Shown: in pieces, positions 39,701 through 50,949 of the stretch
Layout of the letters: each line of letters opens with the position of its first letter
Position numbering within the stretch: the stretch's first letter is position 1
DNA from: Selaginella moellendorffii
Lineage: Eukaryota > Plantae > Lycopodiophyta
Length of the DNA stretch: 64,000 nt
NCBI RefSeq assembly: GCF_000143415.4
Contig: NW_003314281.1
Location: forward strand, 1,651,882 to 1,715,881
Direction: 5' to 3'
Notes under the pieces: generated by a model
The model's input: the letters and a program-made list of their open reading frames with translations, nothing else
Told to the model about the DNA's origin: nothing
Databases searched by the model: none
Made by a program: the position numbers and the translations under genes

Positions 39701-41226
39701 CTAAGGAACCAAGAGGCGCGAGAAGCTCACTAGAGAGGTGAGTTGCCAACGGAAGAGAAAACAGGTTATATAGAACGTAATGGACTTATTTATTATAAAC
39801 AAACAAGAGTGTATGTTCCAGAAGGGGAACTAAGGAAGGTAGCCTTAGAAGAGTGTTATGACGGACTTCTTGCGGGACACGGTAGAGTGCCCAAGATGAT
39901 GGGTTTACTCAAGAGGAAGTATTACTAGCCAGATATGGCTAAGGATGTCCAAGATTATGTAAAGACATGTCCAACATGTCAGCAGGTCAAAGTCGTGACT
40001 AAGGCTAGTGGGGGCTTATTACAAAGCATCCCAATTCCAGATCATCTGTGGAAATATCTTACAATGGACTTCATCACAGGACTTCCCCCCAAGTGAGGGG
40101 TTTGATGCGATATTCATGGTGGTGGATTGATTTTCAAAGATGATACATTTCATACCCACCACAACGGAAGTGGATGTGAAATGTGTGGTGAAGCTGTTCT
40201 TCAAACAAGTGGTTCGAGTGCGGGAAAGGCCAAAAGAGATTATCTTCGATTGAGATAAGATCTTCACTAGGAGGTTCTAGAGATCTCTCCTGGAATAATA
40301 TCGCACCAAGTTGAAATTCAGTATAGCCTATCACCCATAGACAGGTATTGGGTATTAAGTCAAGTTTCATGGCACTAACACTCCTTAACAGACAGACAAA
40401 CGGAAAGGGTGAATAGGCAGTTGGAGGATTATTTGTGATGCTATGTCTTGGGAAACTAAACTAATTGTGTAAGTCATTTGGGACTTGCGGAAATGTGCTA
40501 TAACAACTTACCACACTTGAGTATCGGGATGAATCCATGGGAAGTCATCAATGGGCGAGCTATTGAAGGTCCTGTAGAACTCGGCATGGCCAAGTATCAT
40601 GGAGAGTTACCTGCAGTTGAAAGACTTAACATTTGGAATCTAGTGAGGGATCTTTGGAACGGGCTCAACAAAGGCAAACCAAGTATGCGAACCTAAAGCG
40701 CCGGGATGTAGAGTCCAAGCTGGGGAGAAGGTGTGGCTGAACACCAAGNNNNNNNNNNNNNNNNNNNNNNNNNNNNNNNNNNNNNNNNNNNNNNNNNNNN
40801 NNNNNNNNNNNNNNNNNNNNNNNNNNNNNNNNNNNNNNNNNNNNNNNNNNNNNNNNNNNNNNNNNNNNNNNNNNNNNNNNNNNNNNNNNNNNNNNNNNNN
40901 NNNNNNNNNNNNNNNNNNNNNNNNNNNNNNNNNNNNNNNNNNNNNNNNNNNNNNNNNNNNNNNNNNNNNNNNNNNNNNNNNNNNNNNNNNNNNNNNNNNN
41001 NNNNNNNNNNNNNNNNNNNNNNNNNNNNNNNNNNNNNNNNNNNNNNNNNNNNNNNNNNNNNNNNNNNNNNNNNGGACGCGAGGTGAGGGAGTTCCATGTG
41101 AAGTGGAAAGGATTTCCACACTGCGAAGCAATATGGGAACCAAAGGAGAACCTAGTGAACACGCGAGATCTAGTGGAGGAATTTTTGCAAGGCAGAACTC
41201 TACGTATTTATGCAAAGTTCAATTAA
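36707..41226 (+). pseudogene. Ty3/Gypsy chromovirus gag-pol, disrupted by many stops and frameshifts
   Basis: Gag (AKSWW), zinc knuckle CYNCGEVGHFLREC, protease [23 protein letters not shown] and YIDDILIYS, RNase H DASNFALG and NIMADALSR, integrase remnants, chromodomain FHVKWKGFPHCEAIWEPKENL (41074-41226); PR-RT-RH-INT order. Confidence 0.95.
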
Positions 41227-41626
41227 AATTATCAATTGGTGAAGTTAAGCAATGGCATATATTGGGACCCGAAGGCATGCCGAAGGTAAGCTAATTAGCA
41301 TGGGTTAGCTAGGTCGACTAGGCGTAAGGAACTATGCCCGACTCCCCGCAGGGATGTTGAATCCGTAGACATATTCTATAGAGGTTGGGTTTGAGTCCCA
41401 ACCCCCTAGTAAAGCAAGGTTGGGTTCATGTCCCGACCCTATACTAGGGCATGATGAGGTGAGGGGTATAGGGACACTTATATTCTGTTGTCATGGGCTT
41501 TTGGCCAGGGAGGCTAAGTTAGGCACACCACTAAGTGGGGGGATGCCCCCAGAGACATGATCAACAAGTTGTAAAATTAAAAAGAGATGTTCAATGTGGG
41601 CATTGAACTTCTTTTATGGGTGGAGT

Positions 41627-42779
41627 TGTAAGGAACCAACTCCCCGAGGTGTTGTAGGCTAAAGGATCCTTGAAACTACGACCAAAATGATAAAGAGTTC
41701 ATCGGATGGGATCAAGTCTTAGATCGAGTCTAAAACTGACTCTAAGACTGAGTTTGAGATAGAGTCCGGGATCGAGTTCGAGGCTAACTCTGAGACCGAG
41801 TTCGAGACTGAGTTCGAGACAGAGTTCGAGATCTGAGATCAGGTCTGAGACTGAGTTTGAGGTCAAGTCCAAGATCGGGTCCGAGGTCAAGTCTGAGATC
41901 GAGTCCGAGACCGAGTCCAAAGTCGGGTTTGAGATCAAGTTCGAGATCGAGTTCGAGATTGAGTCCGAGTACTAATACAAGATGAGGGGTGAAAGCCCAA
42001 AGCGTGTGTCTCCCGGGGGGGTGTGGGGGGGGGCTGTAGGTTCCAAAAGTATAGTAGGGATAGTGAGGTCTAGGAACCAGTTTTGAAGGAACTCTCCAGT
42101 GGTGCTTCTAAACTGACTTGAGGTTGAGACTGGGGTCGAGGGGCCTTAGGTGGGAGTGAGCATGGACTCGGGTGGTGTCGGAGGGGGCACCTAAGGAAGT
42201 GCTCAAGAGCAACTCCCACTCTCAGAATGGAAACCAATTGCGGTGTTCCTAGCTCATGTGGAGTGGTGTCCCACTTGAGTACATTGCGGCTCATTGGTCC
42301 TCGCCCTTCCTAAGGGCTTGGGCCTTCCCTTCGGGATGGAAGTGGGGGGGTAAAGGTACCTATACCGGGCCATTAGGCCATGGTGTTTCCCCCTTGGCAT
42401 CCTGAAGTAAGTGTGGCACCCAAGGCTTCGGAGTTAGAGGGTCCCATGATCAAGTCTTGTTGTACCAAAGGATATTAGGAACCTGGAGGCTTGGTGTGCT
42501 TTGCTGCTTGTGCCTACGGGAAGTGTAACCGAACTTTAAGTCCAGCCTAACCCGGGAGGGGGGGGGGGGGGGGGGATTGGGAGAGATTTGGGAATCTGTG
42601 GACGAATGGGTAATGCGTCTGGTGGTCGTGTAGTGAGTAGCTGAAGCCCAGTTAAACCAAGTAGGAGCTGGTATAATAGGCAGGAACTTTGGCAAGGGAA
42701 CTTAGCAAAAGCCAAAACAGTGTTGGTCGGATAGACAAGGTAAGCTGGCAAATTGGAAAGGAAAAATTTGTGGCTTACA
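41627..42779 (+). mobile_element. Long (~1.15 kb) LTR of the chromovirus, with a GAGTCC/GAGATC hexamer array and poly-G tracts
   Basis: Preceded by PPT-like ATGGGTGGAGT; TGTAAG...CTTACA inverted termini; followed by a second PBS. Confidence 0.8.
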
Positions 42780-42782
42780 ATT

Positions 42783-43178
42783 TGGTATCAGAGGGGTCTT
42801 AGGTCCAATTTTGTTGGTTAGCTACGGGAATCACACCATATGTTAATTGACATTTGGCTGGTCCAGTTTGCTCTCGTAAGGCTTGACTCGAAGGGTAGGG
42901 TGTCAAGAGAGCGGGGCTCTCAGGAGAGTTGTGGCTCTCAGTTCAAGTTCATGAGGGCATGAATTTGCAAAGAAGCGTGATGCATTGTAAACAACAAAAA
43001 AGAACGACTTGAGAAACAATCCATTAGGGTTCAAATATAGAGGGAAAGTGCCCATAAATAAGAGTGCACTCTTTTTTCCAATCAATTAAGGGTTTTGGGA
43101 TACTTGGGGTTAAGCGCCCTTGGGTTTAAATAGTATTGAGCGGTGACCTCCCGAGAAGTCTAAATTCAGGAACTTACA
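42783..43178 (+). mobile_element. PBS + TRIM core (42783-42985) + 5S-bearing LTR (42986-43178)
   Basis: TGGTATCAGAG at 42783; core homologous to the reverse complement of 31105-31335; LTR TGTA...TTACA homologous to 36369-36563. Confidence 0.85.
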
Positions 43179-44565
43179 TTTCTCTTTAGTTATTCTTCTC
43201 CCTTCTAGGAGGGTAATTTGCACTTTGTACCATGCATTAGTAAGTATTTCTTAAGGATGAACCTACTCAATAACTTAGGGAGTGGTTTTTCAATTTGGAT
43301 ATATTCACCGTGTAATCTTAGGGCCTCTTTATGCCTATTGCTAACCATGCCAAAATCCCTTTTTGGCTTTGTCTAATTCAGATAAATGGACTTCTCCCAT
43401 CTCTGAAACTTTGAATGTTAGATAATACTTGCTATCCATTATTCACTAAGGATTTAGTACTTAGGCCTTATTTAATGCCCTCATGATTCCAAACACCACT
43501 CTCTAGTGTTTTAAAGTGTTTTGATATCCCAATAATGATCTTCTTTGACAATGAGTATTTTCCTTTATGACATTGACTTACTTTATCTCAACATAAGCAA
43601 TTTATCCTTTGGAGGGGTATATTTAACCTCTTTATCCTAATAAAAAGTCTTAGGTAGTTAACTTTTACCAATTCAATTAATGATTTTGCACCTTTTGCTT
43701 AATTATCTCATAGTTGTCAAGTCTTACAACTCATTGCTAGTACTTCCACACCTCCGTCATTATTTGGGTCATCACACTCTAACCATATGCCTTTTAACTT
43801 AGGCTATACCATTCCTATTTCCATTAGAATTCTTTTAGCTAGAGGTTCTTATAAACCCACTAACTTGACCTCAAGGCATTACATCTTGGCACATTTGGTG
43901 TCTCTATACCATTGGCTCTATAAACTTACCCTTACGACACTTTCCATTTATATTTATGTCTTTGCCAAGACCAAAACAATCATTTCTTATACTAACTATT
44001 AGTTAGCACTACACTATAGTGTTCACACACAACTCTGTGCCAAAGTTGTTTTCTTCTGGGAACACCTTTTCCATGACTTTAGTATAGCACAATCTACCAT
44101 CAATGAGGTATCTACTATTCTCATACTTACATCTTATAATCCTCCTCGTCCTTTGTAAAGTACAACAGACCTCAGTCCAAATGCTTCCACCAATCCTCTA
44201 GGACTATTTTTTAACTTCACTTAAGTCATCTAACTGGGGATGGTCCAAAGTTGAGTTGAGCTCAATTCAACACAAGTCAACTCAAGTTAACATACTCAAT
44301 AAGAAATATTACAAAGGAGATCTAAATTGAACAAATGAAGGTTCTAGCAAACTTTAAAATATTAAAATATGTAAATATCTAAGTTAAAAGTTTCTATAAG
44401 ATTGAATTGTTTAAAAAAGACAAAGTTCATGAGAACCTATCTTTTGAAAAACTATATTATTTTATTATGACAACTGTTATAGCTGTCATATTTGATTTGA
44501 CTACTTAATATTTTGAATACTTTAAAGTTGTATATACTATTGCTTCATTCAAAAGATTTTTTAGA

Positions 44566-44895
44566 GTTCTTGAGAAGATGGGAAGCAAGGAAAATACAAA
44601 ATTTGTAAGTAAGAATTGTAGTGGAAAGGAATGTGAGAATGCTAATTTTGTTTCACTACCACAATCTCCATATTACACTCCTAATCCTTATTACCCATCT
44701 GAGAATGTGGAAACCATTATCACGATTGAGGGTTCTTGAGAAGATGGGAAGCAAGGAAAATACAAGATCTGTGAGGAAGAGTTGTAATGCAAAAGAATGT
44801 AAAAATGTTTATTTTGTTTCACTACCACAATTTCTATATTACACTCTTGGTCCTTATTACCCATCTGAGAATGTGGAGACCATTATCAAGATTGA
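44566..44895. repeat. Tandem duplication, 166-bp period, 2 copies
   Basis: gttcttgagaagatgggaagcaaggaaaatacaa at 44566 and 44732 with colinear downstream sequence. Confidence 0.85.
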
Positions 44896-45749
44896 TAAAA
44901 ATGCTTCTGTTACTTCTGAAACAACAGTCTAGAGCAAGAGAAATGAAGAAATGAAGAGCACAGTAGAAAGCACCAAGAAATCTACTCCATAAAAATTTCC
45001 ATAATATTTGTAATTTACATATTAATTCATATTAAAAACTCTGTTGTTTGCCTATATCGCAATCCTCTCATATGATAAGACCAAGGTATATTTTTCAGTG
45101 AATCCTCATTAAAATTTTTTGGGAATTGTTTGTAAATAATGATAAAAGAAATCAAAATCTTTCGAAAGACTCAAAAGTAATATCACATCAAAGAATCAAC
45201 TTTATCTGCATTTCCAAGATTGAAAGGCAATCTCACATGAGAGAATGGTAGCATGCCAACATGCTCTGCCACTATAATGTGGTCTATATTTCCTTGCAAT
45301 TTATTTCTCTAGACATTTGGCATGTGTAGAAAAGAATATATATGTAGCAAAGTAGGATTGATAAAGCATGTGTATACACGATAATATAAAATTCTAGAAG
45401 CTCTTATATTTACAAGAAAGCTATGATTATGAAGCCCCATTTCCAAGACTAACATTTAAAGAATCTAAGTATTGTCAGTGTCATAATAAATAAACCTCAT
45501 TCCCAAGACTAAAACTTAGTATATAAATTATCTAGAAAAGTTATAGTCATTGTAGGTTTTTTGTTCTCCTTGAGCTCCTTAGAAGTTTGTATTGAAATGG
45601 CTCAAAGGAGAGTCATTGCTACTCGTATTTGGCCCCCAGCATTTCATATCAATCTCCACCTCCATCCCCAAGTTCTACTAACATTCTACCTTCACCTCCA
45701 CATAACAATCCTTTTTCTACTGAGGGCTCTAATGAAGCTGAACTAGAGC

Positions 45750-46320
45750 TCCCTAGGGGAAAGGAGGAGGAGCAATCCTCTAGTGTAGTGACTAAGGATA
45801 CAATCACATGGTGAGGAAGTCCCAGAGGACCATAGGACTTAATGGTCGGGCTTGTGGGCCTTGATCTAGTGGCAGTATCGGCAAACATGGCCATGGACAG
45901 TAAAGAGACTTGGTGGGGACTAGAAAAGGGACATTGGGGGAAGGCTATTCTCCATGTCTATCGGCATCCTAAGGATGCTAAGAAGTGGATCTGGGATGAT
46001 CACTCATGAACAGATGGCCTAGTCTTTGAGAGACGAGACTGTGATGGAGGTGGTGTTAGACCACTAGTGTGACCAAGGTGAATGGGCATGCCTTAGCGTA
46101 ATGGGCTAATATGTTGGTGGTACCTTAGAGTGTCGGTCATGGGATCGGTCATGTGGAGCACTTGGACCAAGTGCAAAGGTTGAGTGGCGGGGATGCCATT
46201 CTCGAGGCTAGCAAGCCCAAGTTTGAAATAGGACTTATGGAGGTTGTGAGTGAGACTCCTCCAATTGGTCGGAGGTGTGGTTAAGTGACTAAAGTAGAAT
46301 GGAAAAATTAGTTGCTTACA
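45750..46320 (+). mobile_element. 3' part of an LTR related to 32462-33970
   Basis: Reverse-complement match to ~32462-32940; ends GTTGCTTACA. Confidence 0.7.
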
Positions 46321-47767
46321 TCTTCTTCAACCATCTTCAAGATCCAATGTGAAGCCAAAACACTAACAAGAAAAATGACATGGAAAATCAAGCTTTAAGG
46401 AAAATTCCTTATTATTCGAATCAACAATACCACTTCCACTAACACAATTGCTAGTGATGTCAATGCCCCAACTACACATTTCTCCATCCAACAATCTACT
46501 CCAAGTGCTAACAAATCAACTGACGAGTTATAGCAAATGAATGCTACAACCCTTTTCCAACACCTTAATAGTCAAAGCTACTACAATGCTACTTCATGCA
46601 AGTAGACTAGCTTCACCATCAACCACTTTAGGGTTGATCATCGTTCAACCAAGCAACTTCGTAAACACATTGCTCATTATCACATGGATATGATATAAAA
46701 TCATAATGACTTAATCATCAATTGAGCAACACCACAAGCAACACTTATGTCACTACTACAAAGGGTTATGTGAATATCAAGTGTCAACTCGATTCGACAA
46801 AATGTAACATAAATGCCACACTCCACCAATAGCGATTTACAACACTCAACACCACTAACTTTTGTTCACAACACGGACAAGCTCATGCCACTCTCTTTCC
46901 GACCAAACTCAAAACTAATCCAACACCAAGCTACTCAAGGAGCAATAGCAAGGTTCCTCAGAAAAGAATTGAGCATTACAACCTAGGTCTTCAATAGCAA
47001 GCCTAGACAAAATAGTATAGCGCTTCACCGCTATCCATCCCATGACTCACCACTTGTAAGACCATCATTTCCAACATGCATCAAGGTAGGGACTCTTGAT
47101 TGCATAATGTGACCATGGCAATGAGTTAACACCTCATTGCAAACCATCTCTCCAGAAGAGAAGATGATTTATGTGTTTGATCCTTCGTCCCTGACGACTC
47201 TCTTTTCGGTCTCATCTTTGACTAAACCTCAAGCTTGCATTCGCACTGCCTTCAGTTCAATCCAAGAAAAGTTTATGAGAGAGCACAGCAATGACTACTT
47301 AAACTAATAGACTAATCCCTATAGTCTTGATTGATCCACTCATAATCATTCTTGGGAAGGATCCACTAGTGCCGTGCTAAACAACTACGGACTAGCCTAT
47401 TTGCCACTCATAGCAAACCCAGGGAGGTTTGCTTTCACCCATGGTATATGGAACAACTTACGGAACCAACAAAACCATCAATAAGCTTATATTAAACCTA
47501 CCAACTCAAAGTATAACTTCGAGTTGCTAATGTGCCTCACTCAGGAGCCCAAGTGAAAACTCGTGTAGATGGTACACCTCAAATCCATCCTATGAGAGCA
47601 AGCTCACATTATTATGGTACAAAAAGGTAACCTAAATCCATACCCAAGGAATGATTGCAAAGCCTTTGCACCAAAACGTGTACCCATTCGGATCATCGTT
47701 TTCATCTTTGCATATGCAATGAGACTAGTTGCCCAATCTCATTGAATAGTGCTCACCGAGACTCATC

Positions 47768-48395
47768 CTCTAATACCAAATGTAGCGCACGTGGTTTTTA
47801 CCCTTTATCCTATGGTGATTTACCATAGGATAACACCATGAAGTGGAACCTAAACCCTCTTTGTGCCACATGACAAATGCCACATGTCACATGCCACATG
47901 TCTAAAGGACAATGGTGTGGAACCTGAGGTTTAGGGCCTTGGGCCACTAAACGAAAGAACGGTGCCAAACTCCCAAGCATGGAGCCAAGGAGTGATGGAA
48001 CCAGACCACAGAGCAACTCCCAAGCGTATAGCCCAAGGAGCGAAGGGATAGGGGCCCAGAGTGACTTGAAATAGTCCTAAAGCAACCAACATCCCAATGC
48101 CAGGACCAACACACAAAACGGAGCCAAACGGAGTCTGGCGCTATTTCGGCATATCAATGGCCTAACGTGAGGATATGGGTACTCCACCAGCTAGCATGGA
48201 ATGGAACTTGGGCTTAGACCCAAGTCGGACACAGAACAAGGACAGGCATGCAAGCGGGAGCTAGACTATGCCTTAGGTTGGTTGGCCATGCTCGACCTAC
48301 CCACTATCCCTATTATACATTTGGAACCCCCTATAGCCCCCTCCCCTTTGAAGAACACATGCTTTGGGCTTTCACCCCAAGCCTCTTTTAGTATC
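47768..48395 (-). mobile_element. LTR end plus decayed iMet PBS of another minus-strand retroelement; internal remnants extend leftwards toward 46321
   Basis: Minus strand reads GCGCTACA-TT-TGGTATTAGAG; shares the tttgggctttcaccc motif with the other long LTRs. Confidence 0.6.
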
Positions 48396-49435
48396 AGGAG
48401 TTAGTCTCTGGGATAAGCTCAAAACTTACTAAATATGGAATATCCTTAAATTGCGAATTTGAACATGGGATGAACACCATTGTGTTCAAGCCAATCTCTA
48501 CATTCCATAGATATGCCAAATGAGCAAATCTAGACACTTTCCATAAATAGCATTTGGGACCGAAATGAGACTAACACAAAGGGCATGATAACGAGGGTGT
48601 TTGGCAGACACGGTAAGCTATCATCCGGCAATATTGAGGGACTAATCTCAATACGCGAGGGTTCTTGTCACTAGCCAGTGCAAGACATAACGAGACAGGA
48701 ACTCCTTACCGGGCTAAGTATGCTTAGTTAATAACAAGTAGGAATTTTGTCCTTATGCTCGTCCGGTCTAAGTACACTCGAAATGCCCAGTTAACTCCAC
48801 TAGTACAAGAGGGGCTAATAAAGGGTCCAGCAATACCGACCTCCTGCCATCGTGGCAGTAAAGTAAGAATGTCCATAAGGATTGGTCGACAAGTAACTTT
48901 CATACCTAAAGTCACATTCGCGACAACTACAATGGAGTATTTATGACATATGGTACAATTCCTTTTGCTTTTACTGCCAATCCCTGTATTCTATAGGAGT
49001 TTTTCTATGGGAATCTCGGGGATGATATGTATTATTGGTTTAATCACTTTTGTAGCGCATGTGATTTTCACCCTTTACCCTATAATAATTTACTGAGACT
49101 ACTCGAGTATGAGTAGTGGGAATTGAGTTAGAGAAGATGTCTCCAATAGGTTTAGCAAGAACTGAACCAATAAAAGGGAGCAAACCACCCCAGGTGGTTG
49201 AATAAGTCTCCATGTTAGAAAGACTATGCTCCTTAGAGGATGGGCAAGGCGTGGTGAGCCTTTGGTATCAAACCATTGACGAATATGGAGAAGGCATGGT
49301 GAGCCTTCAATGTCAAACCATTGACAAATATTGGTAAGGTGCCAAGGGTGGAAATAGTAACACATGTGGGTGTTACTTTATAGAATGGTTTACCATTCGA
49401 TGAGGACATCGAACTTCGTCTATGGGTGGTGGAGT

Positions 49436-50430
49436 TGTGAGACACAAAATCCCTAGGCCCCAAAGTGGAGCCGGAAGGGTGTTACGTGGTAGTGGCCGAA
49501 GCAAAAGTCAAACGAGCGTAACACGTTTGGACTAAAAGCTCCAGCTTGAAAGGTCGAGAGCGAGAGTGGAACTCCCAACAAAGTGCTCGAGGAACAAGCA
49601 CGAAGCGAGTAATAAGCGAGGCTCCAAAAAGGGACCCAAAAGGACCAACACATGACACGTGGAAGTGTCCGAGATTGAGTCTGAAATGGACCCAAGTTGG
49701 ACTCCAAAATGGAGTCCGAGATGGATGAAGACGGAATCCGAGACGGAGTCCGAGATGGAGTCCGAGATGGAGTCTGAGGTGGAGTCTGAGGTGGAGTCCG
49801 AGGTGGAGTCCGAGATGGACCGAGATGGAGTTCGAGATAGAGTCTGAGGTGGAGTCTGAGGTGGAGTCCGAGGTGGAGTCCGAGATGGAGTCCGAGATGG
49901 ACTGAGACGGAGTCCGAGGTGGAGTCCAAGATGGAGTTCGAGATGGACTGAGACAGAGTCCGAAGTGGAGTCCGAGATGGAGTCTGAGCTGGAGTCTGAA
50001 GTGGAGTCCGAGATGGAGTCCAAGATGGAGTCCGAGATGGACTGAGATGGAGTCTGAGATGGACCGAGACGGAGTCCGAGATGAAGTCCGAGATGGACCA
50101 AGACGGAGTCCGAGATGGAGTTCGAGATGGACCCAAGATGGAATCCGAGATAGAGTCTGAGAAGGACCCGAGATGGAGTCCGAGGTCGAGACCGAGACCG
50201 GGACCGAGACCGGGACCGAGACCGAGACCGAGACCGAGACCGGGACCGAGACCGAGACCGAGACCGGGACCGAGACCGAGACCGAGGCGGAGGCCGAGAC
50301 CGAGCCCGAGCCTGAGTCCGAGTCCAAGTCCGAGTCCGAGTCTGAGTCCGAGTCCGAGTCCGAGCTCGAGTCTGAGAGGGTGAAAGCCCAAAGCGTTCGT
50401 CTCCCAGACCTTGGGGGGTTTGGTGAGCTC
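49436..50430 (+). mobile_element. Relatively young, truncated long LTR preceded by a PPT and 3' internal sequence (~49100-49435)
   Basis: TGGGTGGTGGAGT|TGTGAGACAC; homologous to the reverse complement of 33300-33970, with CpGs largely retained. Confidence 0.8.
49670..50376. repeat. Hexamer/dodecamer tandem array (GAGTCC GAGATG; GAGACC; GAGTCC) inside the LTR
   Basis: Directly visible; related arrays at ~33410-33735, 41715-41970, 58810-59060 and 59340-59410. Confidence 0.95.
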
Positions 50431-50949
50431 AATGTAAGATCTAGAATTACTTTATTATACTATAGTAATGTCACTATTAAAAGAAAAAATATAATAAAAT
50501 GATATTAGTTGTAGGTAACATACCTTATTCTAGAAGGTGCTATTATATCACATACAATTGTTTACAAAATGTTGAAGGAAGAGATGGCAACACACAAGCG
50601 CTACAAAGTGATGGTGACAGGTGAGAATGATAATCTATAATTATGGTATCTGACACTGACATCTGACACTTTCACTGACATCTGACACTTTCACTGATAT
50701 CTAACATATACCAAGCTTTCCATTTTATATAAGGATGCAATTAACTTTTTTTTGCCTCATCATCAACATAATGATTTCTTTTATACTTCCTCCTATATTG
50801 GTATTGTGGGGAAGATTCACCTTGCATATGTTGAGCTATGGTTTCTGCATAGTCAGGGAGACTTCCAAAGCCTCAAATTCTAGAAACTCCAGGTGATTGT
50901 GATTTATAAAATAGAATGAAATATATATTGAAATTTTAATAAACATAAT

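Noticed and set aside
40640-41294. ORFs spanning N runs
   Set aside because: Artefacts of assembly gaps; the true frame after the gap encodes the chromodomain
49453-50432. Long ORFs of 312-316 aa (SD/GL/RP-rich)
   Set aside because: They arise from stop-free hexamer arrays inside an LTR and are open in several frames on both strands
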